Notes: generated by a model from the sequence alone, not told the origin. DNA of 63,704 nt, filler included, from Chiloscyllium plagiosum (GCF_004010195.1; 5 parts of one record of this genome joined end to end with filler, not necessarily neighbours in it), one strand, 5' to 3'; positions 1-12,529 are shown, counted from the whole stretch's first letter. A program made the numbers and translations.

Positions 1-2599
1 TGCCAGCAACGAGTTTCTGGACCGCACCGGGGCTCGTGTCCAGAACACACCAGGCGCAGTTTCCAAAACGCATCAGGGCCAGTGACCAGGACGCACCAAC
101 CCAGTCTCCAAAATACACAAAGCCCAGTCTCCAGGCCGCACTGTGCATTAAATCGCGAGGCCTTGACTCCCTCAGCAAGCCTCTGTTCTGGGACTCACCT
201 TCACCATTACCATTGGAGTCACTTTAAAAAATTAAAAGTTTGTGATGGAAAAATACACCAGAAAGCATAATAAAAATGAAAGACACAAAGTGGGTGGAAG
301 CAGATGAGTTCCTACCCTGCCGCCATCCTTCATAAATCATGCTGTTCACTTTCATGTTTCACGCAGCATATTTCACGCTATTTCCTTCTTCCACATATAA
401 CTTGGAGACTCAGAGCAGTTTTGTCCGATTCCTTGCAAGGTTGTCCCTGAAGTATGAACAGAGGGAGATGAACATGACGATTACTATTCTGTATGCTGAC
501 ATTGGCTTTATTTCAGGACTTTATAATCCATTCTCACTGCAATTTGGAAAAGTACATCAAAACACATTGAAAGTTAGATAAATTGATATTAACTTCATCT
601 CAAACTCTTCCAAAGTGCTACACTCAAAGTGGCCTGGATGCAATCGTACTGCTGTGGTCAGCATAGCTCCCCTTGCTGGAGAGTTTATTTTAGACTAATT
701 CACGGCATTGCTCCCCGTGCTGAGCAGACATCCCTTCCGGATTTATAGATCAATGCTCTGCCACCGTCGACACAGTTTTCCACACTTGGCAATTTTCTGG
801 GTCGAACCGAGCACAGCTTGATCTATCTAGTGCTGTGTCCTGACCAGATATGCCCTCTTGGTTAACGGTTCTCTGTGGTGGATTGAGAACTTGATATAAC
901 TAACCATTTGAGTTGATCTGACACTGCGTTTTATTTACGTTCTCCTTCTTGTGTTTGGAACCTCCGTCTCAGATTCTATTAATGTTGCACTGAGCCCATG
1001 TACAGTACATCATTTTGCGAATTCACACTGTTTATGACAGGAGCCACAGTCTCTTTATTCAGAAGCAGTCAGCAATTCCCATCATCTTTGTGTCTTCACG
1101 TAAAAAGAAAGTATGGCCTCTAGGATAAAGTCCGTCTCCTTGGTGCATATTTCAAAACATGCTCCCCCTCACTCCTTCACACCGCCAAGGAACCACATAA
1201 AAATATTCAGTGTGTAATGAGAACAATGTGACCACTGGAAACATTAGGGAGCAGACTATCAGGGAGATTGAGTAACACTTCCCATGTCTGAACTGGTCAG
1301 AGTGAACCCTCCAGTAATCACTGTGTTGCTGAGTCCTGTAATCTCTTTCCGTTTCAGTAGCATCCTGCATTTCATTCTTACTGAAAAGTTCAAACGTTCA
1401 CGTTTAAACACGTTATTTTCCAGCTGCCAAATTATTGTCCTATGCTTATCCAATCAGAGTGCCTCGACCACTTGCTGATAACTTCAGTTCCTAACTATCT
1501 TAGTTCGAATACATCTTTTGCATTCATCAAAATCTTTGATATCGTTTGCAAATAGTTGAGGCCCAGCACTGGTCACTCTGTCATTGCAGTCATTGATTTG
1601 TGTTAAAATGATAAAAATCGATTTGTCCCTAATTTATCCCTGTTTCTGGCACAATGACCTGTCCTCCCCCATTCACATGTAGTTACTTTGGAATGCTGGC
1701 TATTCTCTTTCATTTCCTGTGTAACAGCCATGAGAGTTAAAAGATCTGTTCCAATTGCTGAGTAAAAGGCTCGAATGGTGAATGGCCTAATTCCGTTCCC
1801 ATGTAAAACTCTTGATGGGATGAATAGCCTGCTTCAGTCTATGCGCAGTTATGAATGTTGCTGAATATTTTGTAACAATCAGTGAACAGCCTATTTCTGA
1901 TCTTTTGATGGAGGGAAGTGCATCGATGTTGCAGCTGCTGATGAACTAAATTAACGGATGGATACCCAGTTTCCATTTGCTGAGACCTTCAGAAGAATGT
2001 CCTACTTCACAGGAGGTAGTGCCACGTAACACAGTGGGCAGTATCTTCAGGATGAGACTGAGATATTCTCTCCATCTGGACTGTCTGCTCGGTATTCCTA
2101 CAGAAGTTGTCAGAGATAGATCCATCTGTGCCAAGGTGTATGTTGAGAAAGCTTCCTTCTTGTCGTTTCCCCCATCACTTTCCACAGACTGGCTGCTGTG
2201 CATTTGAGGCTTCTGCCTGCTCAGTCAGTGGTGGATCTGTGGAGACACGCTTTGTAATGGTCAGTGAAGTCCCACACCCTGAGTGCGTTCTGTTTCCTTG
2301 TCACCCTCAGTGCTTCCTCTGAGGAATTAGGTTATCACCAAGGGGTGTTGTGGAAACCAGTAGATGCCGACCATCAGGAGATTTTCTGGACCTGTTACCA
2401 TGATATTTCCCGGGTTCTGGAATCAATGTTGAAGAATTGCAGGGTAACTCCTTTCCTTACTTTATCCCCGAGGATTTTCCCACCACTGGTGGGTCTGCCC
2501 TGCCCGCGGGACAGGATATAACCAGGGATGGTAATGGAGCTTTCATTAAATATTACCCATCAGGCATGATTCTGTGAGTATGGCAGTATCCGACTGTTT

Positions 2600-3880
2600 C
2601 CTGACCAGTGGTCGGAAAATGCAGCCCGTCAGGCAGAATTATACGAGCTGGAGAATCGATATTTTTGGCATATGCCCTTTACCACGAATGAGGCTTGTGT
2701 ATCGTTTTTTTTGGGGGGGGGAGTGGTCGATAAATAAATGGGAGGAGTGCTGTGGCTGGGGGCAAGGTAGCTGCGAATTTGATATGAAGATGGATCTGAG
2801 GGAGTAGTTGATAGTTTAGAAAATATAGGAGTAGGAGAGTTAAGAGATGGGAAAGGCGTTGGACTTGTCAAGAGGGCGGTGCCGAGTTGGAGACTTTAGA
2901 CTCGGATAATGCTGGGGGAGGGGAAAGAGGAAACTCGTGAAACCCACATTAACACCGTGGGATTGCAGGATCCAATGATTGAAGTTGAGACGTTGATCCT
3001 CCAGTCATCGGGTGGTTCGGGTTTGGTGATGGAGGAAGACCACGACCTGTATATCCTTGGTGGATTGGGAGAGGGTGTTGAAATTTTCACCCACGGGGCT
3101 CGGTGGGTGCAGTTGTCCCAAAGACGTGCTTTGAAATGATACACAAGTTGGTGCCCTGGATCCCCAACGTAGAGGTAATGACATTGTGTGAAATGGATAC
3201 AGTAGATGACATATGTGGAAGTGCATGTAAATTTGTGACGTATGCGGAAGGGCTCTTTGGGGCACTGGACGGAGGTGATAGGTCTTTTTGTCTGTGGTGG
3301 AAGTGATGGAGGATGATGCGAAGGATACGGAGTGAGGTGGGTTTGCAGGTAAGGACCGGGAACATTCTGTCCTTATTGCAATTTGGGGGGCGGAGATTGA
3401 GGGCGGAAGTGCGCAAAGTGGATGAGAGGCGCTGGAGGGCATCATCGACCATGTGGGAGGTGAAATTGCGGTATTGGTAGAAGGAGGACATCTGGGATGT
3501 TTTAAGGTGGAATTGGTCATCCTGGGAGCAGGTGGGCCAGTATGGAGGAATTGGGAATAATGGAAGTCGTATTTTCCAGCAAATAGTGTTGTAGGGTGTG
3601 CAGTCGAGGTAGCTATCGGAGTCGGTGAGGTTGTCGTAGATGTCCGTTTTGAGACAATCACCAGAGATGGAGATGCAGATTTACAGGAAGGGCAGGGAGG
3701 TGTCCGGGATGGTACAGGTTAACTTGAGTTTGGAATAGAACGTGTTGGTGAAGTTGATGAACTGTACAACCTTCTCGTGGGAGCACGAATTGGCGCCGCT
3801 AAATTAATCAAAGTAGCGGCAAGAAAAGTGGGGAATGTTGCCAGTGTAACTGTGAGGTTTCCCCGCAGCATTCTGCACAA
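2600..3880 (-). mobile_element. Degenerate Penelope-like retroelement (RT C-terminus, GIY-YIG, 3' pLTR), left-arm copy
   Basis: Mirror of 8610-9915. The minus strand reads KFTCTSTYVIYCIHFTQCHYLYVG (decayed GIY-YIG with Cys motif) and NFTSHMVDDALQRLSS. Confidence 0.8.
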
Positions 3881-4518
3881 AACATTCTGTCTTAACTGGA
3901 ATTCCCTAGAAAATACTCTAACCATCATTCTCTGTTAAATTCTACACCCGACATTAGTTGCGAACGGCCGGACGTCAGTGAATTGAAAGAAATGATCAGA
4001 TCCAAGTGAAGAGACCCCGTTGCAGGGTGAGGGAGACACCGTTACGGAGTCCCCACAGCCAGTTAAAATGGTGAATACATTTTCCCTCCGTTTACACGTG
4101 TTCATTAAGCATGATCGATCACAATTGAGTCTAAAAATCAGAAATTTCCAAACTCCATTTGTCTTCAAGGAACTGGGAGAGAATCCTTCACGAAAGCAAG
4201 GTTTCACCCTCCGCGTGAGAATATGGAAATAAAGTGATCTGTGTCTGCTCTCCAATGATCGAGTATGTGGGAGTTTCCTCGAAATCATCTGTTCCTTTGG
4301 ATGTGTCTCAGTATGTTTGGCGAGGGAATGTTTCTTGTGGTTTATGTCACATTTCTGTGATAAATTCAGATTTTCAAATTTGTCATTTTAGCTCCAACTG
4401 TTTTAATAAATCCCAGAGTACAGTGACACATTTGAAAATCTCTATCTGTCCTCAATCAAATAAGTCAATTTTCCTCCATGTTGATGTACAATGTGTGTTT
4501 TTATTACCTTCCTCACAG

Positions 4519-5425
4519 CTAACGTAGTGACGACCTACGTCCTGCTTTATAAAGATTGTGGATTGTCCCCCATGAGCCAGACGTTATCTGGCGGCCATGG
4601 CAGTGGCGGATCTACTGGTCATTATCCTCGACATGATATTGAGACATATTCCCATTGTTTATCGGGAACAGTTTTATTTCATGTGGGACATCTCCGTGTG
4701 TAATATCCACGCCGTCCTGCTTTATGCAACCACTGACTGTTCTGTCTGGTTCATCGTCAGTTTCACCTTTGATCGATTTGCGGCCATTTGTTGCCAGAAG
4801 CTTAAAAGGAAATATTGCAGTGAGAAAACGGTGGCTGTGGTTCTGGCAACAGTGACTGTGCTGTGCTGTTTAAAAAATATTTTCTGGTATTTTATGTTCA
4901 CAGGTCAATATCGGCTGGCGAACCAGCCCTGGTTTTCTGAAGTACCAGACGGCGTTCATGCCTCCCCTTTCTGGGTGGCAATGGAGTTCCTCCACCACAT
5001 TCAAACCCCAGCTCTCCCATTTCTCCTGATCCTGCTGCTCAATGTTTTCACCGTCAGACACATTTTAGTGAGCAGCAGAGCCCGCAGGAGACTCAGGGCT
5101 CACACGAGTGGGGACCCTCGGTTTGACACAGAAATGACAATCGCAAAAGATCTATCATTTTACTGTTTGTGATCTCGGGCAATTTCATCCTGTTATGGTC
5201 AATATTAATGATATTTTCCATATCGTACCGATGGATGTGATTGGGCGTCGACGTGTGTCTTTACATACCTGTGTGAAGGAACTGGGCTTCATGCTGCAGC
5301 TCCTCAGTTGCTGCACAAACACCGCAATTTATGCTGTGACGCAGACAAAGTTCAGACAGCAGCTGAAGAATGTGCTGAAATATCCCTTAACTCAAATATA
5401 TCAATCAATCAAATTCACTTATTGA
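4519..5425 (+). pseudogene. GPR139/GPR142-like class A GPCR, main coding exon, frameshifted
   Basis: Acceptor ttcctcacag at 4518, then ANVVT, MAVADLLV, TFDRFAAIC, CCTNTAIYAVTQTKFRQQLK. Relative to the right copy there is +1 C and a TGA near 4566-4575, -1 near 5137 and -1 near 5230. Confidence 0.9.
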
Positions 5426-5679
5426 TCAATCCATCCGGGGTCTCTCATTTTAGTTGATTTTTTCAGCGATGAAGCAGCCTGTCGCTTTAGTATCAGCCTG
5501 TGGGTCGCGCTGGTTTGTCCAACCTTAGCCAACAGGCGGGTTACAGGGACATTTCAACGATTCTATCAACTCAGGTGCCAGTACGTAAAGACACCATCCC
5601 ACTGACTGTATCAATCACTTCAAATTATAAACACTAAAAATGTGCATTAAAAAATACCGAGCAGCAGAGTGAATGATAT

Positions 5680-6179
5680 NNNNNNNNNNNNNNNNNNNNN
5701 NNNNNNNNNNNNNNNNNNNNNNNNNNNNNNNNNNNNNNNNNNNNNNNNNNNNNNNNNNNNNNNNNNNNNNNNNNNNNNNNNNNNNNNNNNNNNNNNNNNN
5801 NNNNNNNNNNNNNNNNNNNNNNNNNNNNNNNNNNNNNNNNNNNNNNNNNNNNNNNNNNNNNNNNNNNNNNNNNNNNNNNNNNNNNNNNNNNNNNNNNNNN
5901 NNNNNNNNNNNNNNNNNNNNNNNNNNNNNNNNNNNNNNNNNNNNNNNNNNNNNNNNNNNNNNNNNNNNNNNNNNNNNNNNNNNNNNNNNNNNNNNNNNNN
6001 NNNNNNNNNNNNNNNNNNNNNNNNNNNNNNNNNNNNNNNNNNNNNNNNNNNNNNNNNNNNNNNNNNNNNNNNNNNNNNNNNNNNNNNNNNNNNNNNNNNN
6101 NNNNNNNNNNNNNNNNNNNNNNNNNNNNNNNNNNNNNNNNNNNNNNNNNNNNNNNNNNNNNNNNNNNNNNNNNNNNNNN
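5680..6179. other. Assembly gap inside the palindrome spacer
   Basis: Run of N. ORFs spanning it are artefacts. Confidence 0.99.
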
Positions 6180-6720
6180 CTGCCTGCTGCCTGTCTCTCT
6201 CGTACCCTCTCTCTCTGCACACACTGCGCCCTTTCTCCTTCTCTCTCCCTCTGTGTGACTTCTTCTCACCGTCTCCCTCTGACTCTCGCATTCTCCCCGC
6301 CCTCACTCCGTTTCTCTCTGACTGTGAGTAGTGAGAAAATGGGGTAGGAATATGAAGGTGCTAGTCAGAGTTAGAGAGATGATGCTGGAGAGAGAGAAAA
6401 GTGGACAAGGGTGGAGAAACCGTGGAGGTAAGAGAGAGTGAGACAAAAAGTGGACTGGCAAGAGACGGAAGTGAAAGTGAGAGTGTAGAGAAAGGGCGAG
6501 TGCACAGAGGAAGTGAGGGCGGAAAATGAGATGAAGTAACGGAGTAGATAAATTTGGGACTGTGTGTAAATGAAGGATTCGAGATGGAGCCAGTGATAGA
6601 GAAAGCGAGATACAGATGAGGTTGACTGGAGATAACAGCAACGGGGTAGAGGGATGAACTGTGACGAAGACCAGGTCGGTGAGGGGGACCCAGAGGTGAA
6701 AGCAATGACAGAGCGACTTA
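6180..6720. repeat. Low-complexity CT-rich then GA-rich spacer
   Basis: Pyrimidine-rich 6180-6320 switches to purine-rich 6330-6720. Confidence 0.8.
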
Positions 6721-7086
6721 AATAGAACTCCTGAGCTCATGCCCCGGTCCCCTCCCCTTCCCTAATGACCAAGAATTGTGGCTGACACTGTCTCTGTCAA
6801 GCTCAGCTTCTTCAAAACAACGACAAATAACAATATCCTTCACTCTGCTGCTCGGTAATTTTTAATGCACATTTTTAATGTTTATAATTTGAAGTGATCG
6901 ATACAGTCAGTGGGATGGTGCCTTTACTTACTGGCACCTGAGTCGATAGAATCATTTAAATGTCCCTTTAACCCTCCTATCGGATAAGTTTGAACAAACC
7001 CACGCTACCCACAGGCTGATACGAAAGCGACAGGCTGCTTCATCGCTGAAAAAATCAACTAAAATGGAGACACCCGGATGGATTGA

Positions 7087-7991
7087 TTAATAATGAATTT
7101 GGTTGACTGATATATTTGAGTTAAGGGATATTTCAGCACATTCTTCAGCTGCTGTCTGAACTTTGTCTGCGTCAGCATAAATTGCGGTGTTTGTGCAGCA
7201 ACTGAGGAGCTGCAGCATGAAGCCAAGTTCCTTCACAAAGTCATGTAAAGACACAGATCGACGCCCAATCACATCCATCCGGTACGATATGGAAAATATC
7301 ATTAATATTGACCATAACATGATGAAATTGCCCGAGATCACAAACAGTAAAATGATAGATCTTTTGCGATTGCTCATTTCTGTGTCAAACCGAGCGTCCC
7401 CACTGGTGTGAGCCCTGAGTCTCCTGCGGGCTCTGCTGCTCACTACAATGTGTCTGACGGTGAAAACATTGAGCAGCAGGATCAGGAGAAATGGGAGAGC
7501 TGGGGTTAGAATGTGGTGGAGGAACTCGATTGCCACCCAGAAAGGGGAGTAATAAACACTGTCTATTGCTACACAAAACCAGGGCTGGTTCGCCAGAGGA
7601 TATTGACCTGTGAACATAAAATACCAGAAAATATTTTTTAAACAGCTCAGCACAGTCACTGTTGCCAGAACAACAGCCGCCGTTTTCTCACTGCAATATT
7701 TCCTTTTAAGCTTCTGGCAACAAATGGCCACAAATCGATCAATGGTGAAAGTGACGGTGAACCAGACAGAACAGTCAGTGGCTGCATAAAGCAGGACGGC
7801 GTGGATATTACACACGGAGATGTCCCACATGAAATAAAACTGTTCCCGATAAACAATGGGAATGTGTCTCAATATAAGGTCGAGGATAATGACCAGTAGA
7901 TCCGCCACTGCCATGGCCGCCAGATAACGTCTGATACATGGGGACAATCCACAATCTTTATAAAGCAGGACGTAAGTCGTCACGACGTTAG
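7087..7991 (-). CDS. GPR139/GPR142-like 7TM GPCR main coding exon; open TM1-TM7 but frameshifted C-tail (possible pseudogene)
   Basis: ORF 7087-8031- contains ANVVT..AMAVADLLV..TIDRFVAIC..PWFC..CCTNTAIYA, with a splice acceptor (cacag) just outside 7991. A 2-bp deletion after IYA (~7172) replaces VTQTKFRQQLK with DADKVQT. The upstream N-terminal exon was not identified. Confidence 0.8.
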
Positions 7992-8609
7992 CTGTGAGGA
8001 AGGTAAAAAAAAACACATTGTACATCAACATGGAGGAAAAATGACTTGTTTAATTGAGGACAGATAGAGATTTTCAACTGTGTCACTGTACTCAGGGATT
8101 AATTAAAACCGTTGGAGCTGAAATGACAAATGTGAAAATCTGAATTTCAGACAGAAATGTATCATATAGCACAAGAAACATTCCCTCCCCAAACATACTG
8201 AGACACATCCAAAGGAACAGATGATTTCGAGGAACGATCGTTGGAGAGCAGACACAGATCACTTTTTTTCCATATTCTCACACGGAGGGTGAAACCTTGT
8301 TTTCGTGAAGGATTCTCTCCCAGTTCCTTGAAGACAAATGGATTTTTGGAAATTTCTGACTTTTAGACTCAATTGTGATGGATCATGCTAACTGAACAAG
8401 TGTAAACGGAGGGAAAATGTATTCACCATTTTAACTGGCTGTGCGGACTCCGTAAGGGTGTCTCCCTCACCCTGCAACTGGACCTCTTCACTTGGGATCT
8501 GATCATTTCTTTCAATTCACTGACGTCCGGCCGTTCCCAACTAATGTTGGGTGTAGAATGTAACAGAGAATGATGGTTAGAGTATCTTCCATGGAATTCC
8601 AGTTGCAGA

Positions 8610-9915
8610 CAGAATGTTTTGTGCAGAATGCTGCGGGGAAACTACACAGTTACACTGGCAACATTCCCCACCTTTCTTGCCGCTACTTTGATGAATTTAT
8701 CGGCGCCAATTCCTTCTCCCACGAGAAGGTTGTCGAGTTCATCAACTGCACCAACACGTTCCATCGCAAACTCAAGTTAACCTGTGCCATCCCGGACACC
8801 TCCCTGCCCTTCCTTGAAATCTGCATCTCCATCTCGCCTCAAAACGGACATCTATGACAACCTCACCGACTCCTATAGCTACCTCGACTACAGATCCTCC
8901 CACACTACTTGCTGGAAAATACGACATCCATTAATCCCAATTCCTCCACCACGGCCCCACCTGCTCCCAGGATGACCAATTCCACCTTAAAATATCCCAG
9001 ATGTCCTCCTTCCAATACCGCAATTTCACCTCCCACATGGTCGATGATGCCCTCCAGCGCCTCTCATCCACATTGCGCACCTCCGTCCTCGAACCCCGCC
9101 CCCCAATTGCAATAAGGACAGAATGCTCCCGGTTCTTACCTGCAAACACACCTCACTCCGTATCCTTCGCATCATCCTCCATCACTTCCACCGCTGACAA
9201 AAAGACCCATTAACTCCGTCCAGTGCCCCAAGGAACCCTTCCATATACATCACAAATTTACATGCACTTCCACACATGTTATCGACTGTATCCATTTCAC
9301 ACAGTGTCATTACCCCTACGTTGGGGAGCCAGGGCACCAGCTTGTGGATCATTTTAGAGCACGACTTTGGTATCATTTCAGAGCACGACTTTGGGATACC
9401 CGCACCCACCGAGCCCCTTTGGGTGAAAATTTCAACACCCTCTCCCAATCCACCAAGGATCTGCATGTCGTGGTCTTCAACCCGAACCACCCGATGACTG
9501 GAGGAAGAACATCTCAACTTCAATCATTGGATCCTGCAATCCCACGGTATTAATGTGGATTTCACGAGTTTCCTCATTTCGCCTCCTCCTGCATTATCCG
9601 AGTCTCAAGTCTCCAACTCAGCACCGCTCTCTTGACAAGTCCATCGCCTTTCCCATCTATCCACTCTATCCCATCTATCCACTCTACTATATTTATTAAA
9701 CTATCAACTACTCCCTCAGATCCATCTTCATATCGAATTCGCAGCTAGCTTGCCCCCGGCCACAGCACTCCTCCCATTTATTTCTCGAGCACTCCCCCCC
9801 CCCCAAAAAAAAACAAAGACACTCAAGCCTCATTCGTGGTAAAGGGCTTATGCCAGTAATATCGGTTCTCCAGCTCGTATAATACTGACAGGCTGTGTTT
9901 TCCGACCACTGGTCA
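8610..9915 (+). mobile_element. Degenerate Penelope-like retroelement, right-arm copy
   Basis: CRYFDEFIGA (decayed RYIDD-type RT motif), TSLPFLEICIS and TDIYDNLTDSYSYLDY, then a GIY-YIG remnant and a pLTR-type tail with decayed hammerhead at ~9832-9870. Confidence 0.85.
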
Positions 9916-12277
9916 GGAAACAGTCTGATACTGCCATATTCACAGAATCATGCCTGATGGGTAATATTGAATGAAGCTGCATCACCATCCCTGGCTATAT
10001 TCTGTCCCGCGGGCAGGGCAGGCCCACCAGTGTTGGGAAAATCCTCGGGGATAAAGTCAGGAAAGGAGTTACCCTGCAATTCTCCAACATTGATTCCAGA
10101 ACTCGGGAAATCTCATGGTAACAGGAAATCTCCTGATGGTCCGCATCTACTGGTTTCCTCACCACCCCTTGGTGATAACTCAATTCCTCAGAGGAAGCAC
10201 CGAGGGTGACAAGGAAACAGAACGCACTCAGGGTGTGGGACTTCAATGTCCATTACAAAGCGTGTCTCCACAGATCCACCACTGACTGAGCAGGCAGAAG
10301 CCTCAAGTACACAGCAGCCAGTCTGTGGGAAGTGATGGGGGAAACGACAAAAAGGAAGCATTCTCAACATACACCTTGGCACAGATGGATCTGTCTCAGA
10401 CAACTTCTTTAGGAATACCGAACAGACAGTCCGGATGGAGAGAATCTATTAGTCTCATCCTGAAGGTACTGCCCAATGTGTTATGTGGCACTACCTCCTG
10501 TGAAGTAGGACATTCTTCTGAAGGTTTAAGCAAATGGAAACTGGAAATCCATCAGTTAATTTAGTTCATCAGCAGCTGCAGCATCGATGCACTTCCCTCC
10601 ATCAACAGGTCAGAAGTAGGCTGTTCACTGATTGTTTCAAAATATTCAGCAACATTCATAACTGCGCATATAGTGAAGCAGGCTATTCAGCCCATCAAGA
10701 ATTTTGCATGAGAACGGAATGAGGCCATTCACCATTCGAGCCTTTTACTCAGCAATTGGAACAGATCTTTTAACTCTCATGGTTGTTACTCAGGGAATGA
10801 AAGGGAATATTCAGCATTCCAAAGTAACTACATGTGAATGGGGGAAGACAGGTCATTGAGCGGGAAATAGGGATAAAGTAGGGATAAATCGATTTTTATC
10901 ATTTTTACACAAATCAATGACTGCATTGACAGAGTGACCAGTGCTGGGCCACAACTATTTGCAAACGATATCAAAGATTTAGATAAATGCATAAGATGTA
11001 TTCTAACTAATATAGTAAGGAACTGAAGCTATCAAAACGTGGTCGAGGCACTCTGATTGGATAAGCATAGGACAATAATTTGGCAGCTGGAAAATAACGT
11101 GTTTAAACGTGAACCTTTGAACTTTTCAGTAAGAATTAAATACAGTATGCTACTGAAACGGAAAGAGATTACAGGACTCAGCGACACAGTGATTACTGGA
11201 GGGTTCACTCTGACCAGTTCAGACATGGGAAGCGTTGCTCCATCTCCCTGATAGTCTGCTCCCTAATGTTTCCAGTGGTCGCACTGTTCTCATTACACAA
11301 TGAATATTACCATGTGGTTGCTTGGCGGTGTGACGTAGTGAGGGGGAGCATGTTTTGAACTATGTACCAGGGGGACGCCCTTTATCCTAGAGACCATCCT
11401 TTCTTTCTACTCTGAGTGAAGCACTTTGGAAGAGGTTGAGATGAAGGTAATATTAATTTATCTAACTTTCAATGTGTTTTGATGTACTTTCCCAATTTGC
11501 AGTGAGAATGGTTTATAACGTCCTTAAATACAGCCAATGGCAGCATACAGGATATTAATAGTCACGTTCATGTCCCTGTATTCATATTTCAGGGACAGCA
11601 TTGCAAGGAATCGGAGAAAACTGCTCTTAGTCTTCAAGTTAAATGTGGAAGATGGAAACAGCGTGAAATATGAAAGGAAACAGCGTGAAATATGAAGGAT
11701 GGCGGCAGTGTAGGAATTCATCTGCTTCCACCCACTTTGTGTCTCTCATTTTTATTCTGCTTTCTGGTGTATTTTTTCTTCACAAACTTTTACTTTTTTT
11801 AAGTGACTCCAATGGTAATGGTGAAGGTGAGTCCCAGAACAGAGGCTTGCTTAGGGAGTCAAGGCCTCGCGATTTAATGTACAGTGCGGCCTGGAGACTG
11901 GGCTTTGTGTGTTTTGGAGACTGGGCTTCTGCGTCCTGGACAGTGGGCCTGGTGCGGTTTAGACGCTGGGCCTGGTGTGTTCTGGATACGAGTTCCAGTG
12001 AGGTCTAGAAACTCGTTGCTGGCACACACTCGGGTATAAGGGTCAGTAATTTGAATCCGTTCTTTTAACCTTATTATTCTTCTGCACCAAATACTGAAGA
12101 AAGTGTACCGAGATTTCTTGCACCTGAGGTGGTGTCATAAGCGAAGACTTTACTGAAATGTCATTGCTTTCGTTCGTGTGCACGTGACAATGTAGCGAAT
12201 TTAATTCAAATCTGAGAGAGTCACTGTGTTTGGTGCCTTTTCCCAACCAAGCTGTTGCTTCTGAAATGGCCTGCGAC

Positions 12278-12295
12278 GGCCAGCAGAGGGTGGTA
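12278..12295 (+). promoter_or_regulatory. Candidate CTCF-binding motif
   Basis: ggccagcagagggtggta resembles the CCASYAGRKGGCRS consensus with mismatches at its 3' end. Confidence 0.4.
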
Positions 12296-12403
12296 ATACA
12301 TCACTTGAAACACAAGAGGTTTGACAGAGAGAGAGAAGGGACATTTTGATTCCTATTTCAATTGATTCACAAACATTCACATGCGCACGTCCGCAAACAG
12401 ATG

Positions 12404-12412
12404 CACAGACAC

Positions 12413-12448
<36 letters not shown>

Positions 12449-12455
12449 CACACAA
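12404..12455. repeat. (CA)n microsatellite
   Basis: Visible CA run. Confidence 0.95.
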
Positions 12456-12529
12456 CCATAAACACGAAATTATATGGAATTATTCCGGCCCTCATTCTGG
12501 CCTCATCTTCATTTCCTCTTGGAAATTAG

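Larger units (their letters stand above)
1..5679. repeat. Left arm of large inverted duplication (partner 6833-12024)
   Basis: 1-24 (tgccagcaacgagtttctggaccg) is the near reverse complement of 12001-12024. 5641-5679 pairs with 6833-6871. Matches are colinear throughout and ORFs are mirrored (e.g. 1259-1453- vs 11057-11251+). The outer limit may lie beyond the window start; the inner end runs into an N gap. Confidence 0.97.
6833..12024. repeat. Right arm of large inverted duplication
   Basis: Reverse complement of 1-5679 with scattered substitutions, one ~470-bp deletion and three short tandem duplications. Confidence 0.97.

Noticed and set aside
3005..3661. 218-aa Thr/Pro/Ser-rich ORF resembling a mucin
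   Set aside because: Off-frame reading of the decayed Penelope-like element; not preserved as one ORF in the right arm.
5615..6347. Long ORFs across N runs (also 34.1-35.5 kb and 57-58 kb)
   Set aside because: Artefacts of translating gaps.
7992..8031. N-terminus MLMYNVFFFTFLT of the 314-aa ORF
   Set aside because: This is the polypyrimidine tract and acceptor of an intron; the real N-terminus should come from an upstream exon.
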